From contig CAVYKI010000010.1 of assembly GCA_963769025.1 (NCBI GenBank), positions 64,001 to 128,000 of the forward strand: DNA of 64,000 bases. The letters are read 5' to 3'. Position 1 is the first letter of the stretch, and every line of letters begins with the position of its first letter. The notes under the pieces are model-generated. The model worked only from the letters and a program-made list of their open reading frames with translations. It searched no databases and was not told the origin of the DNA. This DNA is from an uncultured Verrucomicrobiae bacterium. GTDB lineage: Bacteria > Verrucomicrobiota > Verrucomicrobiia > Chthoniobacterales > Chthoniobacteraceae. Below are positions 54,695-64,000 of the stretch, piece after piece. A program made the translations under genes and the position numbers.

Positions 54695-55297
54695 TCACTC
54701 CGGCGCCGGGATGCGCTCGAAGCGGAACCGTGCATCGTATCGCCCGCGATTGTGCGTGCGGCAGCAGCGCAGGCAGGCGGAGCCGCGCTTCAGCGGCCGG
54801 ACGCGCGCGAGCGTCTCGCCGCAGCCCGCGCACCGGTAATGATGGCGCGGCGTCATCACGCGGCGCGGCAGCGGCAAATCGTGCGTGCGCTTTTCATCCG
54901 GCAGCCCGAGGTCGGCGCACGCGCGACGCCACTCCACGCCGTGCGGGGCGATCCGCCGCCGGCCGGAGCGCTCGTGCGCGAGGAGGTGCGCGAGTTCATG
55001 CCGCAGCGTTCGCTGGACTTCGGCATCGCCAAAGTCGCGGAGCCGCGGATTCAGCCGCACCAGCGCACGTCCCGCAAACGCGAGCCCGGCCGTCGTGCGC
55101 AGCCGCGAATCCCACTCCACCCGCACGCGTTCGGCCAGCGCCATCGCACCGGCACCGCGGAGCAAAGCACGCGCTTCGGAGAGCAGCGGATCCTCCGGCT
55201 GGGAAACAACCTTCACGGCAATCGGCGACGGACTCGTCGCCCGAGCGCGCGGGCGCTCGCGCTTCCCGAAAAGGCCCCTGAGAAAATCGAACTGCAT
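54695..55297 (-). CDS. SprT-like zinc metalloprotease
   Basis: RLRTTAG, LRHELAH, HGVEW and C-terminal CxxC pairs. The start could be 55297 or 55315. Confidence 0.88.
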   Translation of the reverse strand: MQFDFLRGLFGKRERPRARATSPSPIAVKVVSQPEDPLLSEARALLRGAGAMALAERVRVEWDSRLRTTAGLAFAGRALVRLNPRLRDFGDAEVQRTLRHELAHLLAHERSGRRRIAPHGVEWRRACADLGLPDEKRTHDLPLPRRVMTPRHHYRCAGCGETLARVRPLKRGSACLRCCRTHNRGRYDARFRFERIPAPE

Positions 55298-55386
55298 CAC
55301 GCGAGCATCCGACATTCTGCGCACCGGTTGCGATGCAATTTCTTCGCCACGGTCGCTCAGTGAGCGCCGCGCCCCCGGGGAGGGAG

Positions 55387-55469
55387 TGGGCAGAGATGGA
55401 TTCGAACCATCGAAGGCGTAAGCCAGCGGATTTACAGTCCGCCCCGTTTGGCCACTTCGGTATCTACCC
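55387..55469 (-). tRNA. tRNA-Tyr (GTA); CCA not encoded
   Basis: Acceptor GGGTAGA/TCTGCCC, anticodon loop CTGTAAA, long variable arm, GTTCGAATCC. Confidence 0.95.
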
Positions 55470-55547
55470 TTTTTTGGTGGGGGCCGTGGATATACGCAGG
55501 CGGCTCCGCGGCGCAAGGGTTTCGCTGGAAAAAATCCGCGCGGACAA

Positions 55548-56243
55548 TCAGCGACTGCCGCCCGGACTTTGGCGCGGGACGATTTCGGACGCTGCCCGCG
55601 ACTTCACGATGCTGTTCGCGGGACACACGCCGCGCCATTGCATGCCGGGATAAATGATGGAGTCGCGCCCGACGAGTGAGCCGGGGTTCAGCACGGAGTT
55701 GCAGCCGATCTCGACGCGGTCGCCGAGGATGGCCCCGAACTTTTTCAACCCGGTGGGAATGAGGCCGCCGTCCGTGACGACGGTGATCTCACGGCGATCG
55801 AGGCGCACGTTGCTGAGGATCGCGCCGGCGCCGAGGTGCGCCTTGTGGCCGAGGATCGAGTCGCCGACGTAGTTGAAATGCGGGATCTGCGCCTCGTCGA
55901 AGACGATGCAGTTCTTGAACTCGCTCGAATTCCCGAGCACGCAGCCGCGGCCGACGATCACATTTTCGCGGATGTAGCAGCCGTTGCGGATTTCGCAGTC
56001 CTCGCCGATCCACGCGGGGCCTTTGATCATCGCTCCATGCTCGATCACCGTGCCCGCGCCGACGAAGACGGCGTTGCTCACAAACGGCTTGCCGATGAGC
56101 TTCGCGAGCACCTGCGGCTTCAGGCGGAATTGCAGGTAGCTGGGGATTTGCTTCAGCGCCTCCCAGACGTTCACCGTGCTGTCGAAAAGCATCCGGTGTT
56201 CAGTGTGGTTCAGGTCGAGGTAGTCGGCGGCAGGGAAGGTCAT
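55548..56243 (-). CDS. Stand-alone left-handed beta-helix acyltransferase resembling the GlmU C-terminal domain
   Basis: Hexapeptide repeats, PHFNYVGDSILG, LGAG and KKFGAILGD. No nucleotidyltransferase domain. Confidence 0.85.
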   Translation of the reverse strand: MTFPAADYLDLNHTEHRMLFDSTVNVWEALKQIPSYLQFRLKPQVLAKLIGKPFVSNAVFVGAGTVIEHGAMIKGPAWIGEDCEIRNGCYIRENVIVGRGCVLGNSSEFKNCIVFDEAQIPHFNYVGDSILGHKAHLGAGAILSNVRLDRREITVVTDGGLIPTGLKKFGAILGDRVEIGCNSVLNPGSLVGRDSIIYPGMQWRGVCPANSIVKSRAASEIVPRQSPGGSR

Positions 56244-56337
56244 CGGTGTCTCGCAGGCGACGGCGTAGCGGGCCGGCGGCGCGATGGCAAGGAGCGGCGC
56301 AAGCGTGATTCGGGAACGGGAGCGTCCGCCGCGCTCC

Positions 56338-57144
56338 TCATCCGTGAAAAAAGCGCGTGAAGTTTCCGGCCACGAGCGCGGCGAGTTCGTCGCGAGACAC
56401 GCCTCGGATCTCCGCGAGCGCGTCGTAGGCGACGAGCAGGTTTGCGGGGTGATTGAGCGTCTTCCCGTCCGCGCCGTGCAATGGGCGCGGGTTGCACTCC
56501 GGCGGGGGCGCGAGGTCCGGCGCGTCGGTTTCCACGAGCACGCGGTCGGCGGGGAGCTGCCGGAAAATCTCGCGCTGCGCCGCCTTCCGCTCGTGAAGGA
56601 AGGACGGTGAAAACGAGAAATGCGCACCGTGCGCGAGGAAGCCCGCGACCATTTCCGCGGGACCGCCGTAGGCGTGGATCAGAAAACCGCGCGCCGGAAC
56701 CGGGCCCTCGCGGATGATGTCCCACAGCGCGCCCCACGCGCGGATGCAGTGGATCGTGGCGGGACGATTTCGCTCCGTTGCGAGATTGAGCTGCCAGCGG
56801 AAGCATTCCGCCTGCGCCGCCGGATCATGGCCTTCGATCCAGCGGTCGATGCCGATTTCGCCGACGCCCGCGCCGGGATGCACATCGAGGAATCGCAGGA
56901 GATTTTCGCGCCATGCGGGAGTGCGCTCGTTCACATACCACGGATGCAGGCCGAAGGACGGAATCACCCATGGCATCGCAGCGGCGAGGGAGGCGACTTC
57001 GGCCCAGTCGTCCTCGCGGGTTCCGTTCACGACTGCGCCGCGCACTCCGAGGCCGGGAAGCTCGGCGAGGATTTCCGCACGCCACGGCAGCAGGCGCGCA
57101 TCGTGGAGATGATTGTGCGCGTCGAGCAGCGGCGGCGGGGTCAT
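56338..57144 (-). CDS. TatD family metal-dependent hydrolase
   Basis: DAHNH, GLHPW, VGEIGID, IHC and VETDAP. Confidence 0.93.
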   Translation of the reverse strand: MTPPPLLDAHNHLHDARLLPWRAEILAELPGLGVRGAVVNGTREDDWAEVASLAAAMPWVIPSFGLHPWYVNERTPAWRENLLRFLDVHPGAGVGEIGIDRWIEGHDPAAQAECFRWQLNLATERNRPATIHCIRAWGALWDIIREGPVPARGFLIHAYGGPAEMVAGFLAHGAHFSFSPSFLHERKAAQREIFRQLPADRVLVETDAPDLAPPPECNPRPLHGADGKTLNHPANLLVAYDALAEIRGVSRDELAALVAGNFTRFFHG

Positions 57145-57563
57145 TGCTCGGTCGTCGCGAATGCCACCGCGATCTGCTTCATGCGCGCGCGCACCGAAGC
57201 GAGGCCGGCGAGCCGCGTGGGCGAGACCATCCGGACGATCCCGAGCTCATCAAAGAGCGTCGGCTCCAGGCCGAGCACGGCCTCCGGCGAGGCGCCCTCG
57301 TAAAGTTCGCACAGCAGCGCGACGAGGCCCTTCACCATCGGCGCGTCGCTTTCCATCCGCCACCGGCATGCGCCGGACTCGAGTTCGCCGGTGAGCCACA
57401 CGCGGGACTGGCAGCCGAGGATGCGGTTTTCCTCGATGAGGAGCTCCTGCGCAGGCGCCGGGCACTTCTTCGCGCGCGACATGAGCGCGGCGAGCCGCTC
57501 GTGCGGGTCTTCGATGATGGCGAGCTTCGCCACGAGCTCGATCTGTTTTTCGGCGAGGCTCAT
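57141..57563 (-). CDS. sufE: SufE family Fe-S metabolism protein
   Basis: NRILGCQSRVW, SDAPMVKGL and SPTRLAGL. Confidence 0.92.
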   Translation of the reverse strand: MSLAEKQIELVAKLAIIEDPHERLAALMSRAKKCPAPAQELLIEENRILGCQSRVWLTGELESGACRWRMESDAPMVKGLVALLCELYEGASPEAVLGLEPTLFDELGIVRMVSPTRLAGLASVRARMKQIAVAFATTEQ

Positions 57564-57579
57564 CGAGGTCAGTCTGCCG

Positions 57580-58134
57580 CTACTTTTTCGCCAGCGCGTC
57601 CTCGATGGCCTTCACAAGCTGCGAATCATCCGGCTCCGCATCCGACTCGAAACGCGCGAGCACCTTCCCGTCGCGGCCGATGAGGATTTTCCCGAAGTTC
57701 CACTGGATGTCGCCGGGGATTGCCGAACCGGGGCCGGTGAGTGCCTTGAACAGCGGGTGCTGCCCCGGGCCCTTCACGTGCATCTTTTCCATCATGGGGA
57801 AAGTGACGCTGTAGTTTGAAGCGCAGAACGACTTGATGTCCGCATTCGTGCCCGGCTCCTGCGCGCCGAAGTCGTTGCTGGGAAAACCGACGACCACGAG
57901 GCCCTTGTCCTTGAGCCTTTCGTAGAGCGACTGGAGACCGGCGTATTGCGGGGTGCTGCCGCACTGGCTGGCGACGTTCACGGCGAGGACGACCTGGCCC
58001 GCATAGGCCTTCAGCGAAGTCGCCTTTCCGTCGATGTCCTTGATGGGGATCGTCTGCAGCTTCGGCTCGTCGGCTGCGAGCGAGGCGCCGAGGGTGACGG
58101 TGACTGCGAGCGCGGCAATGTGGAGGATGTTCAT
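57580..58134 (-). CDS. Exported Cys-type glutathione peroxidase family protein
   Basis: Signal peptide, NVASQCG, GFPSNDFGAQEPG and WNFGK. Confidence 0.93.
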   Translation of the reverse strand: MNILHIAALAVTVTLGASLAADEPKLQTIPIKDIDGKATSLKAYAGQVVLAVNVASQCGSTPQYAGLQSLYERLKDKGLVVVGFPSNDFGAQEPGTNADIKSFCASNYSVTFPMMEKMHVKGPGQHPLFKALTGPGSAIPGDIQWNFGKILIGRDGKVLARFESDAEPDDSQLVKAIEDALAKK

Positions 58135-58293
58135 GGTTGGGTTGAAAGTGCTGCGCATTCCTCGCAGACGCCGGGCGTGCGCGCAATGGCGCACGTGAAA
58201 GCGGCACCCGCGACTCGCAATTGAAACGCCGGGCATCGAGCCCGCCGAACACCCCCTCCGCCCACATTTCTCGCACTTCAGCCGAAATAGCCG

Positions 58294-58322
58294 TTGACAC
58301 TCCCGGCCCTGCTTCCTAGTTT
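58294..58322 (+). promoter_or_regulatory. sigma70 promoter of rplM-rpsI
   Basis: TTGACA-17-TAGTTT, 19 nt before ATG 58342. Confidence 0.7.
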
Positions 58323-58341
58323 CCCGCCCCTTTTTCAAACC

Positions 58342-58776
58342 ATGAGGACACTCTCCGCAAAAGCAAACGAAGTCCAGCGACGCTGGTGGATCATTGACGC
58401 AGCCGACCAGGTGCTCGGCCGCGTCGCCAGCCGTGCCGCAAACATTCTCCGTGGCAAAGAGAAAGCCACTTTCACCCCGCACATGGACGCCGGCGACTTC
58501 GTCATCGTCGTGAACGCCCAGAAGGTAAAAGTGACTGGCAAGAAGGAGACGGCCAAGGAATACATGAGCTTCTCCGGCTACGTCGGCGGCCATAAGAGCG
58601 AGACGCTGGAAAACCGCCGCGCGCGCCGTCCCGAGTTGCTCATCTCGAATGCCATCAAGGGAATGATTCCCCACACGCGCCTCGGCCGCAGCCAGATCAC
58701 GAAATTGAAGGTGTATGCCGGTGCCGAGCACCCGCACGCCGCCCAGCAGCCCGTGTCGGTCGGCAAAGTCTCCTAA
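58342..58776 (+). CDS. rplM: 50S ribosomal protein L13
   Basis: WWIIDA..QVLGR, FTPHMDAGDFVIVVNA and HPHAAQQP. Confidence 0.98.
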   Translation: MRTLSAKANEVQRRWWIIDAADQVLGRVASRAANILRGKEKATFTPHMDAGDFVIVVNAQKVKVTGKKETAKEYMSFSGYVGGHKSETLENRRARRPELLISNAIKGMIPHTRLGRSQITKLKVYAGAEHPHAAQQPVSVGKVS

Positions 58777-58794
58777 GCAGAAAAAATTCGCATC

Positions 58795-59190
58795 ATGTCC
58801 AACGAAGCCATCATTTCCGCCATCGGACGCCGCAAGACCGCCACCGCACGCGTGCGTCTCACGCCGGGTTCGGGCAAAATCCTCATCAACGGGCGTCCGT
58901 ACGACGACTACTTCCCGGTGACCTCCTTTCAGGGCATGGTTCTGAAGCCGCTCGAAATCGCAAAGAGCCGCAACACCTACGACATCACCGCCAACGCCTC
59001 CGGCGGCGGCGTCGGTGGCCAGGCCGGCGCAGTCAGCCTCGGCATCGCACGCGCGCTCCTGCAAGTCAGCGCCGAACTCCGCGGTGCGCTCAAGGCCGAG
59101 GGCCTGCTGACGCGTGACCCGCGCATGAAGGAACGCAAAAAGCCCGGCCAGCCCGGCGCCCGCAAGCGCTTCCAGTTCAGCAAGCGCTAG
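58795..59190 (+). CDS. rpsI: 30S ribosomal protein S9
   Basis: GRRKTATARV, GGGVGGQAGA and LLTRDPRMKERKKPG...FQFSKR. Confidence 0.98.
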   Translation: MSNEAIISAIGRRKTATARVRLTPGSGKILINGRPYDDYFPVTSFQGMVLKPLEIAKSRNTYDITANASGGGVGGQAGAVSLGIARALLQVSAELRGALKAEGLLTRDPRMKERKKPGQPGARKRFQFSKR

Positions 59191-59234
59191 AAAATTTACC
59201 CCGGAATCTTCCCCCACACAGATTCCTCCGAGAG

Positions 59235-59284
59235 ACCCGCGCTGTGCGTCCCCCGATGCACGCACAGCGCGGGTTTTCCTTTTT
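59235..59284 (+). terminator. Intrinsic terminator after rpsI
   Basis: 15-bp stem ACCCGCGCTGTGCGT/ACGCACAGCGCGGGT followed by TTTCCTTTTT. Confidence 0.8.
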
Positions 59285-59381
59285 CGCGGAACCGATCCGG
59301 ACACGCGCTCTAAGCTCGCCATTGCTCCCGAGTCGTTTCTGCCGAGAATGTCACGGCTTCATCGTCCAGCCGCATTCCCCC

Positions 59382-62300
59382 ATGCGCACTCGCACTCTCG
59401 CATTTCTCTCCTCGGCCATCCTCGTCTGCACGGCGCAGGCGGCGCCCGACTACGCGCGGGACATCAAGCCGATCCTCGCGAAGAACTGCTACGAATGCCA
59501 TGGCCCGGACAAGCAGAAGAGCGGGCTGAGACTCGACAGCCGCGCGGCTGCATTCCGGCCCGCTGAGTCCGGCGACACGGCGATCGTCGCCTGGAAAAGT
59601 GCGGACAGTCCGTTGATTCAGCGCGTGCTCTCGTCGGATCCCGATGAGCAGATGCCGCCGAAACGCGGCACCAATTCCAGCCTTGCGAAGAAGGAAATCG
59701 AAACGCTGAAAGCGTGGATCGATGCCGGTGCGGACTGGCCTGCCGCGGAACCATCCCTTCGTCACTGGGCATACGAAAAGCCCGTGCGCCCCACCCTTCC
59801 GTCGATCAAAGCGAAAGCGTGGCCGAAGAATCCGATCGATCATTTCATCCTCGCGCGCCTCGAAGCGGCAGGCCTCGCGCCTTCGCCCGTGGCATCGCCG
59901 GAGACGCTCTGCCGCCGGATGCATCTCGATCTCACAGGGCTGCCGCCGACGCCCGGGCGCACCGCTGCATTCGTCCAGTCCGCGACGCGGGATCTCGATG
60001 CCGCGATCGCCAGCCTCGCGGAGGAACTGCTCGCCTCGCCGCAGTACGGCGAGCGCTGGGCGCGGCCGTGGCTCGATTATGCACGCTACGCGGACTCGCA
60101 CGGCTTCCAGCGCGACGACTTGCGCGACCTTTGGCCGTATCGCGACTGGGTGGTGAACGCGATCAACGCCGACATGCCGTTCACGCAGTTCACCATCGAG
60201 CAGCTCGCCGGCGACGTGCTGCCGAATGCGACCGAGGGCCAGAAAATCGCCACAGGCTTCAACCGCAGCGCTCCGACCAACGTGGAGGCCGGCACCGATC
60301 CCGAGGAGACGCGCGTGAACCAGATCCACGATCGCGTGAGCACACTCGGGACGGTCTGGCTCGGCGCGACGCTGGAATGCGCCCAGTGCCACGATCACAA
60401 ATACGACCCCTTCTCGCAGCGCGACTACTACGGCGTCTTCGCGTTTTTCAACAACACCTCGCTCGAAGCGGACCGCACGAATCCGAAGACGCCCGGCTCG
60501 ATCCAGTTCAAAGGCCCGGTCATGGAGATTTCGGATCCGGGCACGCGTGCCGAACGCGAACGGATCCAAGGCGAGCTCGCAAAGGTGGAGAAAGAGCTCG
60601 CCGCGTTGGATGCAGGTGGCGAATCGGACCAGGCTGCGTGGGAGGAAGCGCTGCTCAAGCGGAGCAACGATTCGCCGAAGGAGCATGTGCTCGAAATCGC
60701 GGACTTCGATTCCAGCGGTGGCGCGACCAGCGAGATTCTCGCGGACAAGTCGGTGCTCATCAGCGGCGAACCCGCGCCGGACAAGGACACCTACGTGCTC
60801 GAAGTGCGCACGAAAACCACCGGCATCCGCGGCATCAAGCTCGAGGCGCTCACCGATGACGCGCTGCCCGGCAAAGGTCCCGGCCGCGGCGACGAAAAGC
60901 GGCCGAACTTTGTCCTGAACAACCTCACCGTGACCGCCGCGCCCGCCGACAAGCCGCAGCAGGCAAAACCGGTGACCTTCATTTCGGCGAAGGCCTCGTT
61001 TTCGCAGTCGAATTTTCCCGTCGAGAACCTGCTCAAATCCGACAACACCGCGAAGGCCGGCGGCTGGGCCATCAACCCGCGCTTCCACGAGTCGCACTGG
61101 GCGGTCCTCGAGACTGCCGAGGCGCTCGGCTTCGCGGCAGGAACGGTGCTCACTTTCAAACTGGAGCAAAACTATGGCGGGAGCCGCACGATCGGTCGCC
61201 TGCGGCTGAGCGCGATTACCGGCAATGTGAGCGGCGAGGCGCTGCCGGCGGAGCTGACCGACGCGCTCGGCACACCCGCCACGAAACGGAAGCCGAAGCA
61301 GAAGAAAGTGATCGCGGATTACCGGCGCAAGCAGAGCCCGGAGTTCGCGCGACTCGACAAGGAAAAGGCGCGGCTCGATGCCCAGCTCCGCAAGCTCAAG
61401 CCGCCCTCGACGCTGATAATGCAGGAGGACACGCCTCGCATGAGCGCCATTTTCCAGCGCGGGGAGTTTCGCACTCCCGGCGACAAGGTGGAGCCGCATG
61501 TGCCTGCGGTGCTCCATCCTTTGATGCGCGAAGCCGAGCTCCAGCCCACGCGTCTCGACCTCGCGAGGTGGCTTGTCAGCCGCGAAAATCCGGTCGTCGC
61601 GCGCGTCGTGGTGAACCGCTGGTGGGCGGACTTGTTCGGCCACGGGATCGTCACGACACCGGAGGACTTCGGGATCAAAGGCGAGCCGCCGACGCATCCC
61701 GAACTGCTCGACTGGCTGGCGTGCGAGTTCATGGACAACGGCTGGAGCATGAAGCAGACGCTGAGGACCATCGTCACGAGTGCGACCTATCGGCAGTCCT
61801 CGAAGGTGACGCCGGAGTTGCTCGCGCGCGACGACCAGAACCTGCTCTACGCCCGAGGCCCGCGACACCGGCTCGACGCCGAGATGATCCGCGACAACGC
61901 GCTCGCCATTTCCGGACTGCTCAGCCTCAGGCAGGGCGGGCCGCCCATCAGACCTTACCAGCCCGACGGCCTGTGGGTGAAAGTCGGCGGCCAGCGTTAC
62001 GACTACGAGGTCAGCCCCGGCGATGAGAAATACCGGCGCGGCCTTTACGTCGTCTGGAAGCGCGGCGCGCCATATCCGAGCTTCGTGACCTTCGACGCCA
62101 ACGCGCGCATGGCCTGCCGCGTGAAGCGTCCGCGTTCAAACACGCCGCTCCAGGCGCTCACGCTGATGAACGACCCGGTGTACGTCGAAGCCGCGATGGC
62201 CTTCGCGAAGCGCGTGCTGACGGAGAAACCCGCGGCCGACACGGAGGCGCGGCTGCGCCATGCATTCGCCATCGCGACGTCACGCGCTCCGCGACCGGAG

Positions 62301-62486
62301 GAACTGGCGACGCTCACGAACCTGCTCGCCACCGAGCGTGCCGCGCGTGCGCAGGATGCGAAGGGCGCGAAGGAATTCGCGGGCACATTTGAGCTGCCGA
62401 AAGGCGTGGGCGCGGAGGAATTCGCGGCTTGGTACGCGGTCACGGCGGCGCTGCTGAATCTGGACGAGACGATTTCGAAGCAATGA
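59382..62486 (+). CDS. Planctomycete-type cytochrome c + DUF1549 + DUF1553 (PSD1) exported protein
   Basis: Signal peptide, CYECH and CAQCHDHK, GERWARPWLDYARYADS, ARVVVNRWW, PTHPELLDWLA and TPLQALTLMN. Confidence 0.92.
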   Translation: MRTRTLAFLSSAILVCTAQAAPDYARDIKPILAKNCYECHGPDKQKSGLRLDSRAAAFRPAESGDTAIVAWKSADSPLIQRVLSSDPDEQMPPKRGTNSSLAKKEIETLKAWIDAGADWPAAEPSLRHWAYEKPVRPTLPSIKAKAWPKNPIDHFILARLEAAGLAPSPVASPETLCRRMHLDLTGLPPTPGRTAAFVQSATRDLDAAIASLAEELLASPQYGERWARPWLDYARYADSHGFQRDDLRDLWPYRDWVVNAINADMPFTQFTIEQLAGDVLPNATEGQKIATGFNRSAPTNVEAGTDPEETRVNQIHDRVSTLGTVWLGATLECAQCHDHKYDPFSQRDYYGVFAFFNNTSLEADRTNPKTPGSIQFKGPVMEISDPGTRAERERIQGELAKVEKELAALDAGGESDQAAWEEALLKRSNDSPKEHVLEIADFDSSGGATSEILADKSVLISGEPAPDKDTYVLEVRTKTTGIRGIKLEALTDDALPGKGPGRGDEKRPNFVLNNLTVTAAPADKPQQAKPVTFISAKASFSQSNFPVENLLKSDNTAKAGGWAINPRFHESHWAVLETAEALGFAAGTVLTFKLEQNYGGSRTIGRLRLSAITGNVSGEALPAELTDALGTPATKRKPKQKKVIADYRRKQSPEFARLDKEKARLDAQLRKLKPPSTLIMQEDTPRMSAIFQRGEFRTPGDKVEPHVPAVLHPLMREAELQPTRLDLARWLVSRENPVVARVVVNRWWADLFGHGIVTTPEDFGIKGEPPTHPELLDWLACEFMDNGWSMKQTLRTIVTSATYRQSSKVTPELLARDDQNLLYARGPRHRLDAEMIRDNALAISGLLSLRQGGPPIRPYQPDGLWVKVGGQRYDYEVSPGDEKYRRGLYVVWKRGAPYPSFVTFDANARMACRVKRPRSNTPLQALTLMNDPVYVEAAMAFAKRVLTEKPAADTEARLRHAFAIATSRAPRPEELATLTNLLATERAARAQDAKGAKEFAGTFELPKGVGAEEFAAWYAVTAALLNLDETISKQ

Positions 62487-63925
62487 ACGAGCACGACCCC
62501 ATGCCCACCCATCTCGACCTCATCACGCGACGCGACTTCTTCCATCGCACGGGGCTCACGCTGGGTTCGCTCGCACTTTCGAGCCTGCTCCGCGAAACGC
62601 TGGGAGCCGCGCCTGCAAATCTGCTCGCCCCGAAGAACCCCATGTTCAAGCCGCGGGCGAAGCGCGTGATCTACCTGCACATGATCGGCGCGCCTTCGCA
62701 GCTCGACCTGTTCGACCACAAGCCGGAACTCGGCAGGCGCGACGGACAGGATTGCCCGGAGTCGCTGCTGAAAGGACGGCGGTTCGCATTCATCGGCGGC
62801 AAGATGCAGCTCGCGGGATCGAAGTTCAAATTCGCGCAGCACGGGCGCAGCGGGCAGGAGATGTCGGAGCTGCTGCCACATCTGGCGAAGGTCGCGGACG
62901 ACATCGCCATCGTGAAGACGCTGCACACGGACGAGATCAATCACGCGCCCGCGCAGATGTTCCTGCACACGGGCTTTGGCCGCGGCGGCAGGCCGAGCTT
63001 CGGCTCGTGGGTGACGTACGGGCTCGGCACGGAAAATCAGGATCTGCCCGCCTACACCGTGCTGCTCTCCGGGCCGCTCGGCGGCGCGGGCACGATCGCT
63101 CTGGGCGAACGGATTCCTCCCGAGCGTGCATCAGGGCATCCAGTTCCGTTCGAGCGGCGACCCGGTGCTTTTCCTCAGCAATCCCAAGGGCCAGTCGCAG
63201 GCCGACCGGCGCCGCATTTTCGACGCCGTGAAATCGCTGAACGAACGCCAGCTCGCCGATGTGGGCGACCCGGAAATCGCGACGCGCATCAGCCAATACG
63301 AGATGGCCTACCGCATGCAGACCAGCGTGCCGGAGCTCATGGACATTTCGAAGGAGCCGAAGTCCGTGCTCGACCTCTACGGCGCGAAACCCGGCGCGTC
63401 GTCCTTTGCAAACAACTGCCTGCTCGCGCGACGGCTCATCGAACGCGGCGTGCGGGTCGTGGAACTCTACGATGCCGACTGGGATCACCATTCCGCGCTC
63501 GCCACGCGCCTGCCGGCGAAATGCCGCGACGTGGACCAGGCGATGGCCGCGCTCATCGCCGACCTGAAGGCGCACGGGCTCCTCGACGACACGCTCGTGA
63601 TCTGGGGCTCGGAATTCGGACGCACGCCGCTCCGGCAGGGCATCGACGGCGACGGCAAGAGCACGAACCCTGGCCGCGATCACCACAAGGACGCCTACAC
63701 GATGTGGCTCGCGGGCGGCGGCATCAAAGGCGGCATCACGCATGGAACGACGGACGACTTCGGATTCAGCCCGGCGGAGAATCCCGTCCACGTCCACGAC
63801 CTCAACGCGACCGTCCTTCACCTGCTCGGCCTCGATCACGAGCGGCTCACTTTCAAATACCAGGGCCGCGATTTCCGCCTCACCGACGTGCACGGGAATG
63901 TCGTGAAAGCCACTCCTCGCGCTAG
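62483..63925 (+). CDS. DUF1501 family protein with Tat-like signal; frameshift near 63096 and probably near 63907-63922
   Basis: [25 protein letters not shown] and [13 protein letters not shown]. After the shift it reads [28 protein letters not shown] and [14 protein letters not shown]. The start overlaps the upstream stop (ATGA). Confidence 0.88.
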   Translation: MNEHDPMPTHLDLITRRDFFHRTGLTLGSLALSSLLRETLGAAPANLLAPKNPMFKPRAKRVIYLHMIGAPSQLDLFDHKPELGRRDGQDCPESLLKGRRFAFIGGKMQLAGSKFKFAQHGRSGQEMSELLPHLAKVADDIAIVKTLHTDEINHAPAQMFLHTGFGRGGRPSFGSWVTYGLGTENQDLPAYTVLLSGPLGGAGTIALGERIPPERASGHPVPFERRPGAFPQQSQGPVAGRPAPHFRRREIAERTPARRCGRPGNRDAHQPIRDGLPHADQRAGAHGHFEGAEVRARPLRRETRRVVLCKQLPARATAHRTRRAGRGTLRCRLGSPFRARHAPAGEMPRRGPGDGRAHRRPEGARAPRRHARDLGLGIRTHAAPAGHRRRRQEHEPWPRSPQGRLHDVARGRRHQRRHHAWNDGRLRIQPGGESRPRPRPQRDRPSPARPRSRAAHFQIPGPRFPPHRRARECRESHSSR

Positions 63926-64000
63926 CTCCGGAATGGCTCTTGCGCAGCGGGCCGTCTTGAGGAATAGACGGGCAGCAACGCAATTCTGCACCCCGGCAAA

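Noticed and set aside
57580..59322. 580-aa N-terminally extended glutathione peroxidase
   Set aside because: The extension is antisense to rplM-rpsI; the real start with signal peptide is at 58134.

Overview
GC-rich bacterial chromosomal segment, most likely Verrucomicrobiota or another PVC lineage. This is inferred from the PEP-CTERM proteins, a giant autotransporter-repeat protein and a DUF1549/DUF1553 + DUF1501 pair. I can support about 35 protein genes and 3 tRNAs (Cys, Val, Tyr). I see no rRNA, CRISPR array, integrase or transposase. Housekeeping genes include hemL, ppdK, rplM-rpsI, sufE, a TatD-family gene, an rlmI-like methyltransferase, hrpB and a DEAD-box helicase. The most unusual part is an envelope/export neighbourhood at 19.5-52.3 kb. 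It has a TamB-TamA pair directly upstream of a DUF3467 / GAF-HlyD / RRE-M50 peptidase-HlyD module, with no ABC/RND pump or TolC in the window. It also has a 5960-aa beta-helical repeat protein that ends in PEP-CTERM instead of a beta-barrel and sits between two directly repeated, exported FKBP paralogues. At least six genes are split by apparent single-base insertions that look like sequencing errors. All family assignments come from motif recognition by eye; no database search was run.
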